Part shown: piece after piece, positions 52,252-62,457 of the stretch
How the letters are laid out: every line of letters starts with the position of its first letter
Numbering within the stretch: the stretch's first letter is position 1
IMG/VR virus record: IMGVR_UViG_3300020049_005154
Direction: 5' to 3' (one strand)
DNA from: an uncultured virus (IMG/VR IMGVR_UViG_3300020049_005154)
Taxonomy: Duplodnaviria; Heunggongvirae; Uroviricota; Caudoviricetes
Length of the DNA stretch: 64,000 nt
Translations under genes and position numbers: made by a program
Notes under the pieces: model-generated
Databases searched by the model: none
The model's input: the letters and a program-made list of their open reading frames with translations, nothing else
Told to the model about the DNA's origin: nothing

Positions 52252-52866
52252 TTGAAAGTCCTAGTAGCGTGTGAGTTCTCAGGGGTAGTCAGAGAAGCCT
52301 TCCGTAAACGGGGGCATGATGCCTATAGCTGTGACTTGCTACCTACTGAGATACCGGGTAAACATTATCAAGGGGATGTGCTAGAGATATTAGATGCTGT
52401 ACAGTTTGATCTAATGATAGCACATCCCCCATGTACCTACATCCTCAATAGTGGGTGTAGGTGGCTGTACAGAGGAGGGGCTAGGTACAACGCTAACGGT
52501 AGAGAAAATGAGATTGACCCTGTAAGATGGCAAGCTATGGTAGATGGCGCTATCTTCTTCAAGAAACTATTGAATGCCAATGTACCTAGAGTGTGCATAG
52601 AGAACCCCATCATGGTATGCTATGCGAAGGACATTATAGGTGTAGAGCAGAGTCAGATCATACATCCTTGGGAGCACGGACATGGGGAGTTAAAGTCTAC
52701 CTGTCTATGGCTTAGAGGGTTGCCGCTGTTGAAGCCTAGCAATATAGTAGAAGGTAGAGAGCCCAAGGTGCATTTCATGGGCAAGAAGAAAGGTGTAGAT
52801 AGAGGCAAGGAAAGATCAAGGACTTACCAAGGCATAGCTGACGCTATGGCATCCCAATGGAGCTAA
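52252..52866 (+). CDS. Phage DNA cytosine methyltransferase-like protein
   Basis: KVLVACEFSG, DLMIAHPPCT (PC catalytic motif), IENP and RSRTYQGIADAMA.QW. Confidence 0.8.
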   Translation: MKVLVACEFSGVVREAFRKRGHDAYSCDLLPTEIPGKHYQGDVLEILDAVQFDLMIAHPPCTYILNSGCRWLYRGGARYNANGRENEIDPVRWQAMVDGAIFFKKLLNANVPRVCIENPIMVCYAKDIIGVEQSQIIHPWEHGHGELKSTCLWLRGLPLLKPSNIVEGREPKVHFMGKKKGVDRGKERSRTYQGIADAMASQWS

Positions 52867-53547
52867 TGAAAATGAATAAGCCAGTAAAGTTGAACGATGA
52901 TCTAGTGCTAATAGCTTGGGGCTTAGCACAACTTCATACTAGTAAAGATGGGTCAATAGGCTTACTAGTAACAGAAGCGATGGATGGCAGCAATAAATGG
53001 CAGCTTAACGAATGTGTAAATAATGTAGAGTATAAGTATTGGCTGAACAAAGCTACTGACGGTAATATGCCTAAACTTACAGGCCCAGCTAGGCGTAGAT
53101 TGAAGATACGCTACATGGAGTGGCTAGACCAATGAGAAAATTCAAGGGGTATGTAGCTACTAACACAGTAGGCAGTGAGCAAGAGTTTGAGTTTGAAGTA
53201 GATGATACAGATACACAGAAAGTAATAGATAATCTATTCGAGGAAATGGTATGGGATAACATTGAAGCTACCTATTGGGAGGTAGATGACAATGGAGATA
53301 GAATCGACCAAGATAATCCATGATAAGCAAGCAGGATTCTGGGGCATCGAAGGTGCGAGAGCTAGCACCTTCACAGTATTCAGGATAACGCTGAATGGTA
53401 AAACAGTGTACGATGCAATCAGGACTAATTACGATACAGATACAGAAGAAGTATTGAATAAGCGCGCAGAGCAGATGCTTAGTCTGTGCTACACTTGGAT
53501 TCAACACAGAATGATTGAAGCAACACAACTACTTAAGGAGAAGTAAG

Positions 53548-54720
53548 ATGGGTACTAACCTGATGGACGCACATAGGCAGTGGGCAGAGCGGGCTGATGA
53601 TGAGCGATTTGAAACGCTTGAAGAATTGATCCAAGCAACTACTTACCATAGGCAGTGCGCTGTTGAAACCCCTAAGTTTAATCTACAGAGTGTGCTGTTT
53701 GAACACTCTGATACAGGGGAAGAAGTGGAGATTGTTTCTCCTACTGGTAATCGCGGACAGTTTACGCACTATGCTTTCGACCAGATGGCAAGGCGCGTTG
53801 GTGCTCCACCTAACTATCTACGTAAGCTGGATGCCAGGGTTGCGGCTGTGTGCCTTAACAACGGCATTCGTAATCTTGATGAGGATAGTTCTACTGCTAA
53901 CCTACTGTGGCATAGGAATGGTGGACTGAAGCTAAGGGCTGCATTGTCTGATACCTATTCGCGCATCCATAATAATACTGTAGCTGAGGCTGTCAGGGAT
54001 AGGTTCTCAGGTAATGGCTGGCGTGTTCCACCTGCCCGCCCAGCTACCGCTAATGCTACAAGGCAGCGTAAGGCTACGGCTGCGGATGTAATTCTACAGG
54101 AGGAAATTGGTGGTGCTATTATCCGGGAAGGTGACATCATTAGTCCCGCTGGATTGTTTGCCTCAGACCATGACTTGTTTATCCTGATGGTTAACCCAGA
54201 ACACAGGATTCAAGATGGCTCTGAGTATGGGCTTATGCCTGGATTCTTTGTGGAGAACTCAGAAGTAGGTGCTGCTGCACTATCTGTTACTACATTCTAT
54301 CTGCGTAGCGTTTGCGGAAATTTAATAATCTGGAATGCTGAAGATGTTAAGCGGCATAGGGTGGTGCATCGAGGCAGCAACGACATCAATAAGTTCTATG
54401 CACATCAGGACGCTATCAATAACTTCATTGGCGTACAGGCATCTACTGTGGAGAGCAGGATTAACAAGCTATCTACCGTTGAGATTGGCAAGACTGCATC
54501 TGAAATTGCAGGTATCCTGCCTATCAAGGTTCGAGGATTGTCTTCTAGCCTAGTCAGTGAAGCTTACATCGAATGCGAAAGGACGGAGAACTGTAATCCG
54601 CGTAGCCCTTATGGTATTGCTCAGGGTTTGACAAGGCTTTCTCAGAACACGGGATACATGGATAATCGCGTAGGTGCTGATGTTCTTGCAGGTAAAGTTC
54701 TTGAAGCATACGACTTCTAA
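53548..54720 (+). CDS. DUF932-family protein
   Basis: QWAER.DDERF, THYAFDQMA...GAP..YLR.L, LRAALSD.Y.RI, FASDHDLF and NSEVG...VCGN..IW. Confidence 0.85.
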   Translation: MGTNLMDAHRQWAERADDERFETLEELIQATTYHRQCAVETPKFNLQSVLFEHSDTGEEVEIVSPTGNRGQFTHYAFDQMARRVGAPPNYLRKLDARVAAVCLNNGIRNLDEDSSTANLLWHRNGGLKLRAALSDTYSRIHNNTVAEAVRDRFSGNGWRVPPARPATANATRQRKATAADVILQEEIGGAIIREGDIISPAGLFASDHDLFILMVNPEHRIQDGSEYGLMPGFFVENSEVGAAALSVTTFYLRSVCGNLIIWNAEDVKRHRVVHRGSNDINKFYAHQDAINNFIGVQASTVESRINKLSTVEIGKTASEIAGILPIKVRGLSSSLVSEAYIECERTENCNPRSPYGIAQGLTRLSQNTGYMDNRVGADVLAGKVLEAYDF

Positions 54721-55096
54721 GGAGAAGAGCAATGGCTGAAGCTAAGCTACCGTTGATGAGTGCAAGCTATGCGGCACTTGCTGTGTTCACAAGGATGGAG
54801 CCACTAGGCGAAAATAGAGAACAGTCTTGGCATGTGCTAGCTTCTCTGGTACTAGTAGGGGCAGCTAACGACATGGCTGAAGCCGGAGAACTATACAAGA
54901 TAGGCTTAAAGTTCCCTGAAACTATCTCTAACCATCCACACTATCAAGAAGCAATGACTGTATTGAGGGCTTTGCGCAAGCATATAGACAAGGCAGAGCT
55001 AGAAGAAGCAATCAACATGGCTAGGTTGTGTGGGCTGATGAAGTCCAGCGACTCGTTGAACTAAGTCTAATGAAATCAACAAGGAAAATAATTCCC

Positions 55097-55133
55097 TTGA
55101 CTTGTTGGGCGAGGGCGTTGTATAGCCCTCGCC
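55097..55133 (+). promoter_or_regulatory. Sigma70-like promoter overlapped by a hairpin
   Basis: TTGACT-18 bp-TATAGC with an upstream A-tract; GGCGAGGGC/GCCCTCGCC inverted repeat flanks the -10. Confidence 0.5.
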
Positions 55134-56280
55134 TTACCTACTTGAAAGGAAACATTGAATGAGATGGCAATTTGTAGGGTCAACGCAAGCCCCTAAATGG
55201 GCTGTAGGACTAGACCCATACGGCATTACTGCGTACATTACCGCCGTCGCAAGTTGGTGTATTGTACCGGACATCCGAGGGGATGAACAGAGAGCATGTG
55301 TTAAATACGTTGCTCATATTGTTACAAGTTTTGGCGGAATAGAATCATGCGTTAGAGCGGAAGAAGCAAATACTAGTAGTAATGTTATCATTCTTCCCAA
55401 GAGACTCATTGAATTTGACACCTTTGGACAAGCTGCTACATGGTGCTATAACCATCTAGAGTGGGAGCTTTCACGCAGAACTGAAGACTTAAATCACGCG
55501 ACAGTAGAACTAAAGAGTTTCAACTACAAGAGTAACGCAACCTACCAAACTACAGAGGATAAGACATGACAGACCTTGAACAGCAGACACTACGCAATAC
55601 ATTGATTGCAGTATTCCGAGACCCTAACACTGGCAAGAATGATCTAATGGCTTTCCTTAGATCGTGTTGCGTTATCATGTATGAACGGTTCGGAGGAGCA
55701 TTAGAGAAGGTAGCCCTAGGAGAACAGCTACAAGCACTGTATGCTAATGACCCTGAAGTTAACGATGTTGAGCTATCTCTGCTGATTGCTAAGCTTCAGG
55801 CTATCAGGTACAAGAGATTCAATGGCGTTACTGCTATTGTGTTTACCGATCTAGTCAAGAATAGGAAGCATACCTTTACTGGTGCTGAGGCTATCCTTAT
55901 TCGTCAGCAGTTGTGTGGTATTCCTGACGATGTAGATACTGTGTTCCTTACAGTAGAGAAGACTCCTGAAATTGTAGAGAGTATGCTGCCAACACCATCC
56001 ACACTAGGAGCATTAGGATGACTAAGGTCACTGCCACTATAGAGTTTGAAGTATTTGTACCGCCCGGATGGACTTATGAAATGGTCTTAGATTATGTAAA
56101 GTCTGGTTCAGCTATTGTAGACTTGCCAAAATTGGAAGACACCGGACCTTTAATTACTATCGCACCAATAGTACACCATGACGCCGTTATCTTGTTGCGC
56201 AACGTAGTTGTGGAAGTACCGCTTGAAGGTATCCAACCAGGATAAGGAGCATTAGGATGAATGACGTAAATAGTAGTACT

Positions 56281-57005
56281 CAGCCCGCGCGCTTCCGCGT
56301 CGGCCAGCGCGTCGTCTGGAGCGAGCTAGTCGTCTTTATCCCACGCCGCATAGTCGAGAAGTGGACTGGCAGCGTCGTGTCTGTGGAGGAACTGAACTTC
56401 TTTACCGTCAGGCTTGATGCCGGTGGAGAACAGCTCTGTCACGAATCCGAACTGGAGCCCGCCGATGCCCACGAATGAAACCCGCGCGCCGGAGCGGTGC
56501 CCGAGGTGCGGAGCCAATCCGCCAACAGGAAGCGGGACACAGGGCGGCGTCCGTGCCGTCTCTTTCCCGTGCGGATCGGCATGGAGGGAGGACGGAGACA
56601 ACTACCAATCGGCGGGCTGCATCCGTGCCGAGCGCGACGCCCTCCTCGCGCGGCTCGCCGAACTCGACGAATTGCTCGAAGGGCTCAGCGAACTCGCCCG
56701 CGACGTTGAGGAGCAGCACGCCGAAGCGCTCGCCCGCCGGATTCTGTCCCTTGTGACGGAAGCGAAGATGGGTCACGCCGAAGCGCTCGCTTTCGAGACG
56801 AAGCAACCGGGCGGGATTCCGAAGCGCATCGCGGCGAAGGTTCAGACGATCCACGCGGCGATTGAGGAACTCGGAACGCTTCGCGCCGCCGCAGCCGAGG
56901 CAACCGCCCGATGAACTCGCCCGCCCGCTATTGGCCGACTCGCCCCGATGGAACGAACAAGACTATTCGCGAAATGACACGCGCCGAACAAGACCGCGAA
57001 GGAGA
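56281..57005 (+). other. GC-rich horizontally acquired segment (genes 56257-56478 and 56465-56914)
   Basis: Abrupt switch to GC3-rich codons, with near loss of the TAG/CTA bias. Confidence 0.8.
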
Positions 57006-57021
57006 TAACTAACCCAGGATA

Positions 57022-58536
57022 ATGCACACTATCCACATCTACAATAACAGATGTCAGTTTATAGATGCTGACCAAGTTAAATTCTTGACTGCGTGGAAGC
57101 TATACCATGCAGGCATTACTCCGTATAAAGACAGACACTTTAGGGAAACTACTAACAGGAAGAATGAAGCTAGCGGAGACCCTAGGCGTATGCCGTTGAC
57201 AGTAGAGCTAGTAACTCCTCCACCTATCTGCACCTTTGGTCTAGGTATGCTGCATGGTATTGTTACCAAGATACTTGGACCAAAGAATGTGAAGGTAATT
57301 GATAAGAGGTTGAAGCCTGCTAAGGTATACGATTGGGAATTCAACTTCCCTCATACGTTCTACCCTAAACAATCAGAGGCAGTTAACAGTTTCCTAAATT
57401 CATGGATGGGTAAAGGAGTACTACATTGCGCTTGTTCTTCTGGAAAGACCCCTATGGCTGGGGCTATTACTGCTACACTAGGGGTACCTACAGCTATCTT
57501 TGTAAATTCTGCACAATTACTTAGACAGCTTAGAAAAGAGTTTGAGAAGTTCTTTGAGACGGAGGTAGGTATCCTAGGTGATAGCGAGTACGAATGGCAG
57601 CCTATTACTGTAGTGTCAGTAGACACCTTCATTGAGTATCTACATAACCCTATTGACACACCTAGAAATAAAGTAGCTAGGATGGTGCATGAGTTAACCA
57701 AGCTAGCTATACATGATGAATGTCATAGAGCTACGTCTGATACATGGAATGAGTGCGCTATGGCTCTAGAGTGCTACTACACATTAGGACTAAGTGCCAC
57801 ACCTACTAAGGGGTGTGCTGCTAGGGATAACAGGCTACTGTCCATGTGTGGGCATGTGCTAGCTAAGATTACAGATGAAGACTTGCAAGCAGTAGAGAGG
57901 AATGCACCTACCTATGTAATCTCTATTCCTTGTAGTTCTCCTAGACATCTGTTTGATAGCGATAAACCTAGCTGGATACTAGATAAGCCACTACTCACTA
58001 ACAACATTACTAGGAATGACATCATAGCGGAGGTAGCCAAGACATGCGAGAATGCTGGGCTACGTACACTAATCCCTGTTGATTTCTCTACTCATGTGGA
58101 TCAGATACAGGAAGCATTGAAGAAGTTTAGGGTGCGTAGTGTGGCAGTAACGGGGAAGATGAAAGTCATTCAAAGGAATGCCGTAATTCAGCAGCTTAAA
58201 GAGCTAGACATTTCTACTATCGTATCTACTAGGGTAATGGATACCGGCATTGATATACCTGAGCTAGCTGTAGTTATTGACGCCGGTAAGAAGTCTGATG
58301 CTGTTACTACAGAGCAGACTAAGGGGCGCATCAAGCGTAAGAAGCCAGGAGATATTTACAATGTAGGCTTCTACATTGTGATTGCTGATACTACTCATGG
58401 TGCTCTGATTGGCAGGCACAAGAAGATTATCAAGACATTGCAGAATGATACTACCTGTACATTCCATACAGTGCAGTCTATAACAGAACTTAGACAATTA
58501 ATTTCAAATATCCTAGGAGTACATGCTAATGCCTGA
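57022..58536 (+). CDS. Superfamily 2 helicase (UvsW/SSL2-like)
   Basis: Q motif YPKQ, Walker A CSSGKT, DECH, motif III LSATP, DTGIDIP and QTKGRIKR. Confidence 0.92.
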   Translation: MHTIHIYNNRCQFIDADQVKFLTAWKLYHAGITPYKDRHFRETTNRKNEASGDPRRMPLTVELVTPPPICTFGLGMLHGIVTKILGPKNVKVIDKRLKPAKVYDWEFNFPHTFYPKQSEAVNSFLNSWMGKGVLHCACSSGKTPMAGAITATLGVPTAIFVNSAQLLRQLRKEFEKFFETEVGILGDSEYEWQPITVVSVDTFIEYLHNPIDTPRNKVARMVHELTKLAIHDECHRATSDTWNECAMALECYYTLGLSATPTKGCAARDNRLLSMCGHVLAKITDEDLQAVERNAPTYVISIPCSSPRHLFDSDKPSWILDKPLLTNNITRNDIIAEVAKTCENAGLRTLIPVDFSTHVDQIQEALKKFRVRSVAVTGKMKVIQRNAVIQQLKELDISTIVSTRVMDTGIDIPELAVVIDAGKKSDAVTTEQTKGRIKRKKPGDIYNVGFYIVIADTTHGALIGRHKKIIKTLQNDTTCTFHTVQSITELRQLISNILGVHANA

Positions 58537-59115
58537 AATTATCTGGGCAATTTCAACATTGGTAGTTCTAACATGGTGCGTACATGCTATCATCTGCCAC
58601 AATAAAACATTCAAACACGGCATGACTATCGTTAAGTGTTTAGAAGATAGAGTTAAGCATCTAGAAGACGCTAGGAGTGCAGAGATTAAGCAAAAGATAG
58701 AAGATTGGAAGACCTCTAAGGGGCTATAGCATGAGCTATGATCCTACACCTTACTCATATAGCAGGCCCGGCGGTAAAGCTAAGTCTAGAAGTAAGCACA
58801 TAAAGAATCGAGGAAAGAACTATGCCAGTAGGAACAAGTGGAAAGAAGAAGAAGAAGGCATCGAAGATTACCCTTGTGTTTACGGCGAGCCAACAAGCAT
58901 TCGACGAATACTCGAAGACGGTAGCAGAAACAGAGAAGGGAAGTAAGAAGAAGAAGACTACAGTAATGTATATCCATACTGAGAATTTGTTTAGAGGGTA
59001 TGTGCCCTCTGAATGCAAGACAGTGTTCATTCATCCAGTACCGCTGTGGGTATATTCTGAGAAGTTTCAAGCAAGGCTAACATCATTCCAGATCAAAGGA
59101 CAGCAACATGCTTAA
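58523..59115 (+). other. Small hypothetical genes (58528-58729 with N-terminal TM, 58731-58946, and a 3' ORF ending at 59115)
   Basis: Coupled short ORFs between the helicase and the gene at 59108. Confidence 0.45.
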
Positions 59116-59722
59116 GACCCCTGTATCTCGTGAAGCTAGGGTTTGTGAGAAGTGCAAGGGCTTCATGGCTAAGGGCGAGAAGTACTACACATGGCAAGTT
59201 AGAATCTCTCATGGGCATTCAGTAACACATAAGCGTTGCTTGAATTGCAGGCCACGGCCAAGCGAGATGGCTTCTGGCAGGGCAGCAGAGATTCTATCGG
59301 CAGTAGAGTCGGCAGAAGATAGCATTAGTAATTTGCGCACTGTTGATAGAGATAGCAGAGATGTTGCTGATGTTGAAAACATTCTTAGTGATCTGTATGA
59401 TACACTAGAGGGCGTTAAGGATGAACTAGACGGCAACATCAGTAGCCTAGAAGATTCATTTCCTGGACATGCTAGGCTAGAAGATATGCAAGGTAAGTCT
59501 TCTCAGCTAGAAGAGATGATGAGCATAGTAGACTCAGCTAAGGATAACCTTCCTGAATATGTAGGGCTAGCAGTAGAGGAAGAAGAGCCTGACCCTGACG
59601 ACGAAGATGCCGAAGCAGAAGAGAAGGAGAAGATTGCGGAAGCTTGGATCGAAGCAGATGCACAATGGGAAGCTGTGCTTGATGCAGCACAAGAAGCAAT
59701 CAGCGAGGTATGCGTACCTTGA
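59108..59722 (+). CDS. Zn-ribbon plus acidic helical-bundle protein
   Basis: CEKC...KGEKYYTW...CLNC.PRPSE followed by an acidic coiled coil. Confidence 0.7.
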   Translation: MLKTPVSREARVCEKCKGFMAKGEKYYTWQVRISHGHSVTHKRCLNCRPRPSEMASGRAAEILSAVESAEDSISNLRTVDRDSRDVADVENILSDLYDTLEGVKDELDGNISSLEDSFPGHARLEDMQGKSSQLEEMMSIVDSAKDNLPEYVGLAVEEEEPDPDDEDAEAEEKEKIAEAWIEADAQWEAVLDAAQEAISEVCVP

Positions 59723-59882
59723 GCACGGCTGAATACCCTACAGGCAAATTTGTTATGCTGATACATCCTAAAGCTAGGACTGTACTGAGGGTAGCGTTTA
59801 CACCAAAACCTTTCAGGTACAGAGACTTGCTTAAGAGGCGGGCATTGAACAAGATGGCAGCTAAGTCAAGGAGGCGCAACCG

Positions 59883-60734
59883 ATGAACCTACTAACTAAG
59901 TTAAGGTACAAGATAGGGCATGATAGATACTACTCCATAGCTAGGAAAGTCTATCAAGCCCTATCATTCACAGCAATAGGTAGAGGATTTACCTGCAACT
60001 GTTGCGGTAAGTCCTATAGAACTACATGGTTCAAGGCTAAACTATGCCCCGGTTGCGGCAGCTACCCTAGGCACAGGCTGCTAGTAGCCTACCTTGCTAG
60101 GTATGAAGGGCATGGCGTTAGGCACATCCTACATGTAGCGCCTGAACCCTTCTTAGCTAAGACAATGAAGAAGCTATTTCCTGATGCAGTGTATGTGCCT
60201 ATAGACTTGAACGCTAGTAAGGGTACAGTACAGGCCGATCTATGTAGGCTAGAATTCCTGGCATCAGAGACCTTTGATCTAGTTATCTGTATGCAGGTAC
60301 TAGAGCATATACCTGATGACTACCATGCCATGTATGAGATAGGTAGACTGCTATCCCGTAGCGGTACGGCCATCATTCAAGTACCTATCGGTAATGAATT
60401 CAAGGAAGACTTTAGTATTACTGACCCGTACCAAAGAGAGCTAGCATTCGGGCAGTGGGATCATGTACGAGTATACGATAGTATTACTCTGGCCCGTAGA
60501 CTAGAACATACTGGATGGTTCGATGTAAGCTATCCTACCCATCGCGGCGATGATTGTATTGAAGGGTACATGACTTGTGAGCGTGAGAATCATGTGCCTG
60601 AATTAGAATACTTACTTAGACTGTACAGAAAGTACAGCACCTTTGAGCATGGCAAGCCAGATAAGGGTAGGTCTAAACACTACTACTGGAATTGCCCAAC
60701 TTGCCGTAGGCCAGTAGACTCGCCAATGAATTGA
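59883..60734 (+). CDS. Class I SAM-dependent methyltransferase
   Basis: CPGCGS.PRHRL, ILHVAPE, FDLVICMQVLEHIPDD, IIQVP and FGQ.DHVRVY. Confidence 0.9.
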   Translation: MNLLTKLRYKIGHDRYYSIARKVYQALSFTAIGRGFTCNCCGKSYRTTWFKAKLCPGCGSYPRHRLLVAYLARYEGHGVRHILHVAPEPFLAKTMKKLFPDAVYVPIDLNASKGTVQADLCRLEFLASETFDLVICMQVLEHIPDDYHAMYEIGRLLSRSGTAIIQVPIGNEFKEDFSITDPYQRELAFGQWDHVRVYDSITLARRLEHTGWFDVSYPTHRGDDCIEGYMTCERENHVPELEYLLRLYRKYSTFEHGKPDKGRSKHYYWNCPTCRRPVDSPMN

Positions 60735-61729
60735 GGCTAGCGATGGATGATGTAAGAGAGAAGATACGTAAGCTGCAAGCATTGGCAGATAATACAACTT
60801 TCCCTGCTGAGAGGAAGGTTGCGCTAGATAAGATCGCACAACTGAAGGCTGCTAATCCTACGGTCGATACTACACCTAAAAGTAAAGCTAAACCGCGTGT
60901 TGATAACTACGCCTACAACGATTTTGGGTACGCCTCTTTCAGGGAAGACCTAGAACGAGAGCTTAAGCGGGCTAGGGCTAAAGTTGATGCAGAAAATGAA
61001 CGTAGATATAAAGAAGCTCAGAGGGAGTACCAAAGACAAGCTGACAAGGAGAGGGCTGACAAGGAAAGATACGACCAAGCGCCTATTTCCATTACAGGCT
61101 GGCAATGGAGTAAGGGAGTGCGGCCACCGTCTGACTACGTTCCGATCAGCTACTCCCACACACTAGATGAGTACAGATTTGTACATAAGTCTAAGTACAA
61201 TAAAGCACATGAAAACAGGCCATATATTGCACCTACCTGGGGGCCGTGGGCTGAGGCTGCTAAAGAAACGCCTAAAGAAGAGCGCAAGGATATGTGGATT
61301 AGCTATGAATTCTATAGAGACCACAAGAACTTAATACCTGCTGACTACTTCCCTGAATGGTATGACATACCTAAGAATGCTTGGGTGTTTGTACCTAAAG
61401 AACGTAGAGGTATTAAGGGCGCTCCTATCAATGCCTTTGAAGCTACCTGGTTCCCGGACAGCATAGAGCCGCCCGATATTAGTATAACCAGAAATGCTTA
61501 CGAAGATGGCAAGAGAGCACCAGACGGGTACGAATATTACGAGTATGACGCGGCCAAGGAAATTGCTACATTCAGGCACAAGAGTAGGATGCCTAAGAAA
61601 GCACCAGAGCCAGCTAAGCCATATCAATCCTACACTAGCTACACTGGCAAATATACTGACGGCCCGGTATTTAATGTGGATATGCTAGATGAAATGCTTA
61701 GAAACTTCGCTAAAGTGAATAAGCCATGA
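60731..61729 (+). CDS. Hypothetical protein with a DUF2786-like N-terminus and internal aromatic repeats
   Basis: REKIRKLQALA....FPAER..A..K; three I(S/T)...(W/Y)....P.(D/G)Y.P..Y......F..K-like repeats. Confidence 0.6.
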   Translation: MRLAMDDVREKIRKLQALADNTTFPAERKVALDKIAQLKAANPTVDTTPKSKAKPRVDNYAYNDFGYASFREDLERELKRARAKVDAENERRYKEAQREYQRQADKERADKERYDQAPISITGWQWSKGVRPPSDYVPISYSHTLDEYRFVHKSKYNKAHENRPYIAPTWGPWAEAAKETPKEERKDMWISYEFYRDHKNLIPADYFPEWYDIPKNAWVFVPKERRGIKGAPINAFEATWFPDSIEPPDISITRNAYEDGKRAPDGYEYYEYDAAKEIATFRHKSRMPKKAPEPAKPYQSYTSYTGKYTDGPVFNVDMLDEMLRNFAKVNKP

Positions 61730-62457
61730 ACATAATCCCTAAAGAAGCAGTACTAGGATTTGCTTTCGATAAGGATATGTATATCCGGGACTCTAACAAA
61801 GAGTGGGATGTCTTTGTTACTGCTTACCCTCACGGCATAGATAGCTTCAAGGTACTGCTAGTTGATAGAGACCCAGACCTGCTTGAATACTTCCATGCCT
61901 ATAACCTATGCAAGATGTTCTATAGGCTGCAAGAAGCAGATGATCCGGCTAACAAGTACATACCGACTAAGGTAAAGAACTTGTTTAGCAAGCACATGAA
62001 ACAATGGAGATTGCTTGGCGAGCTTCTTGCTACCAAAGGGCTCCCCGCTGCGGGATACCTTAAGGCACAGATTAAGTACCTACCTAAAGACAAGTGTAGA
62101 CCTACTGCATTACTGTCTGCTAATGCCTTAGAGAGATGGGAAAGATACAAGAGAACTGAGCTAGCTAAGGTAGTACTAAGCAAGGATAAGGAAGAAGCAC
62201 TACGTAAGCTAGCAACAGAAGAAGATGCTGACCGCAGTTATAGGTACTATGCCGGAGAGAGGTACTTCCTCTGGCTTAAGGGTATGGTCAAGGGCAACAT
62301 GACAGATGAAGAGCTTATCTGGAATGAAGTCCTAGCTATCTCCCCCGATTACCTCATTACTCGTACAGAGTTTACAAGCAACTATGTTCCTGGAATCCAT
62401 CCCCTATTAGACAGAAGGGTGAATGAGGCTATGATACGTGCAAGAGCCACTAAATAA
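61726..62457 (+). CDS. Hypothetical replication-associated protein
   Basis: 243-aa ORF directly upstream of the DnaB-like gene. Confidence 0.6.
   Translation: MNIIPKEAVLGFAFDKDMYIRDSNKEWDVFVTAYPHGIDSFKVLLVDRDPDLLEYFHAYNLCKMFYRLQEADDPANKYIPTKVKNLFSKHMKQWRLLGELLATKGLPAAGYLKAQIKYLPKDKCRPTALLSANALERWERYKRTELAKVVLSKDKEEALRKLATEEDADRSYRYYAGERYFLWLKGMVKGNMTDEELIWNEVLAISPDYLITRTEFTSNYVPGIHPLLDRRVNEAMIRARATK

Larger units (their letters stand above)
42922..56245 (+). other. Early region of roughly 40 small hypothetical genes, many preceded by a repeated (CCAC)AAGGAGAAG-N4-ATG-type leader
   Basis: Dense, same-strand ORFs of about 35-200 aa with recurring leader sequences. Confidence 0.75.

Noticed and set aside
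38945..55078. TAAGT-NN-AATGAAATCA seen at about 38946-62 (minus) and 55062-78 (plus) as a recombination site
   Set aside because: Only two AT-rich copies, possibly IHF-like or chance; not enough to call.
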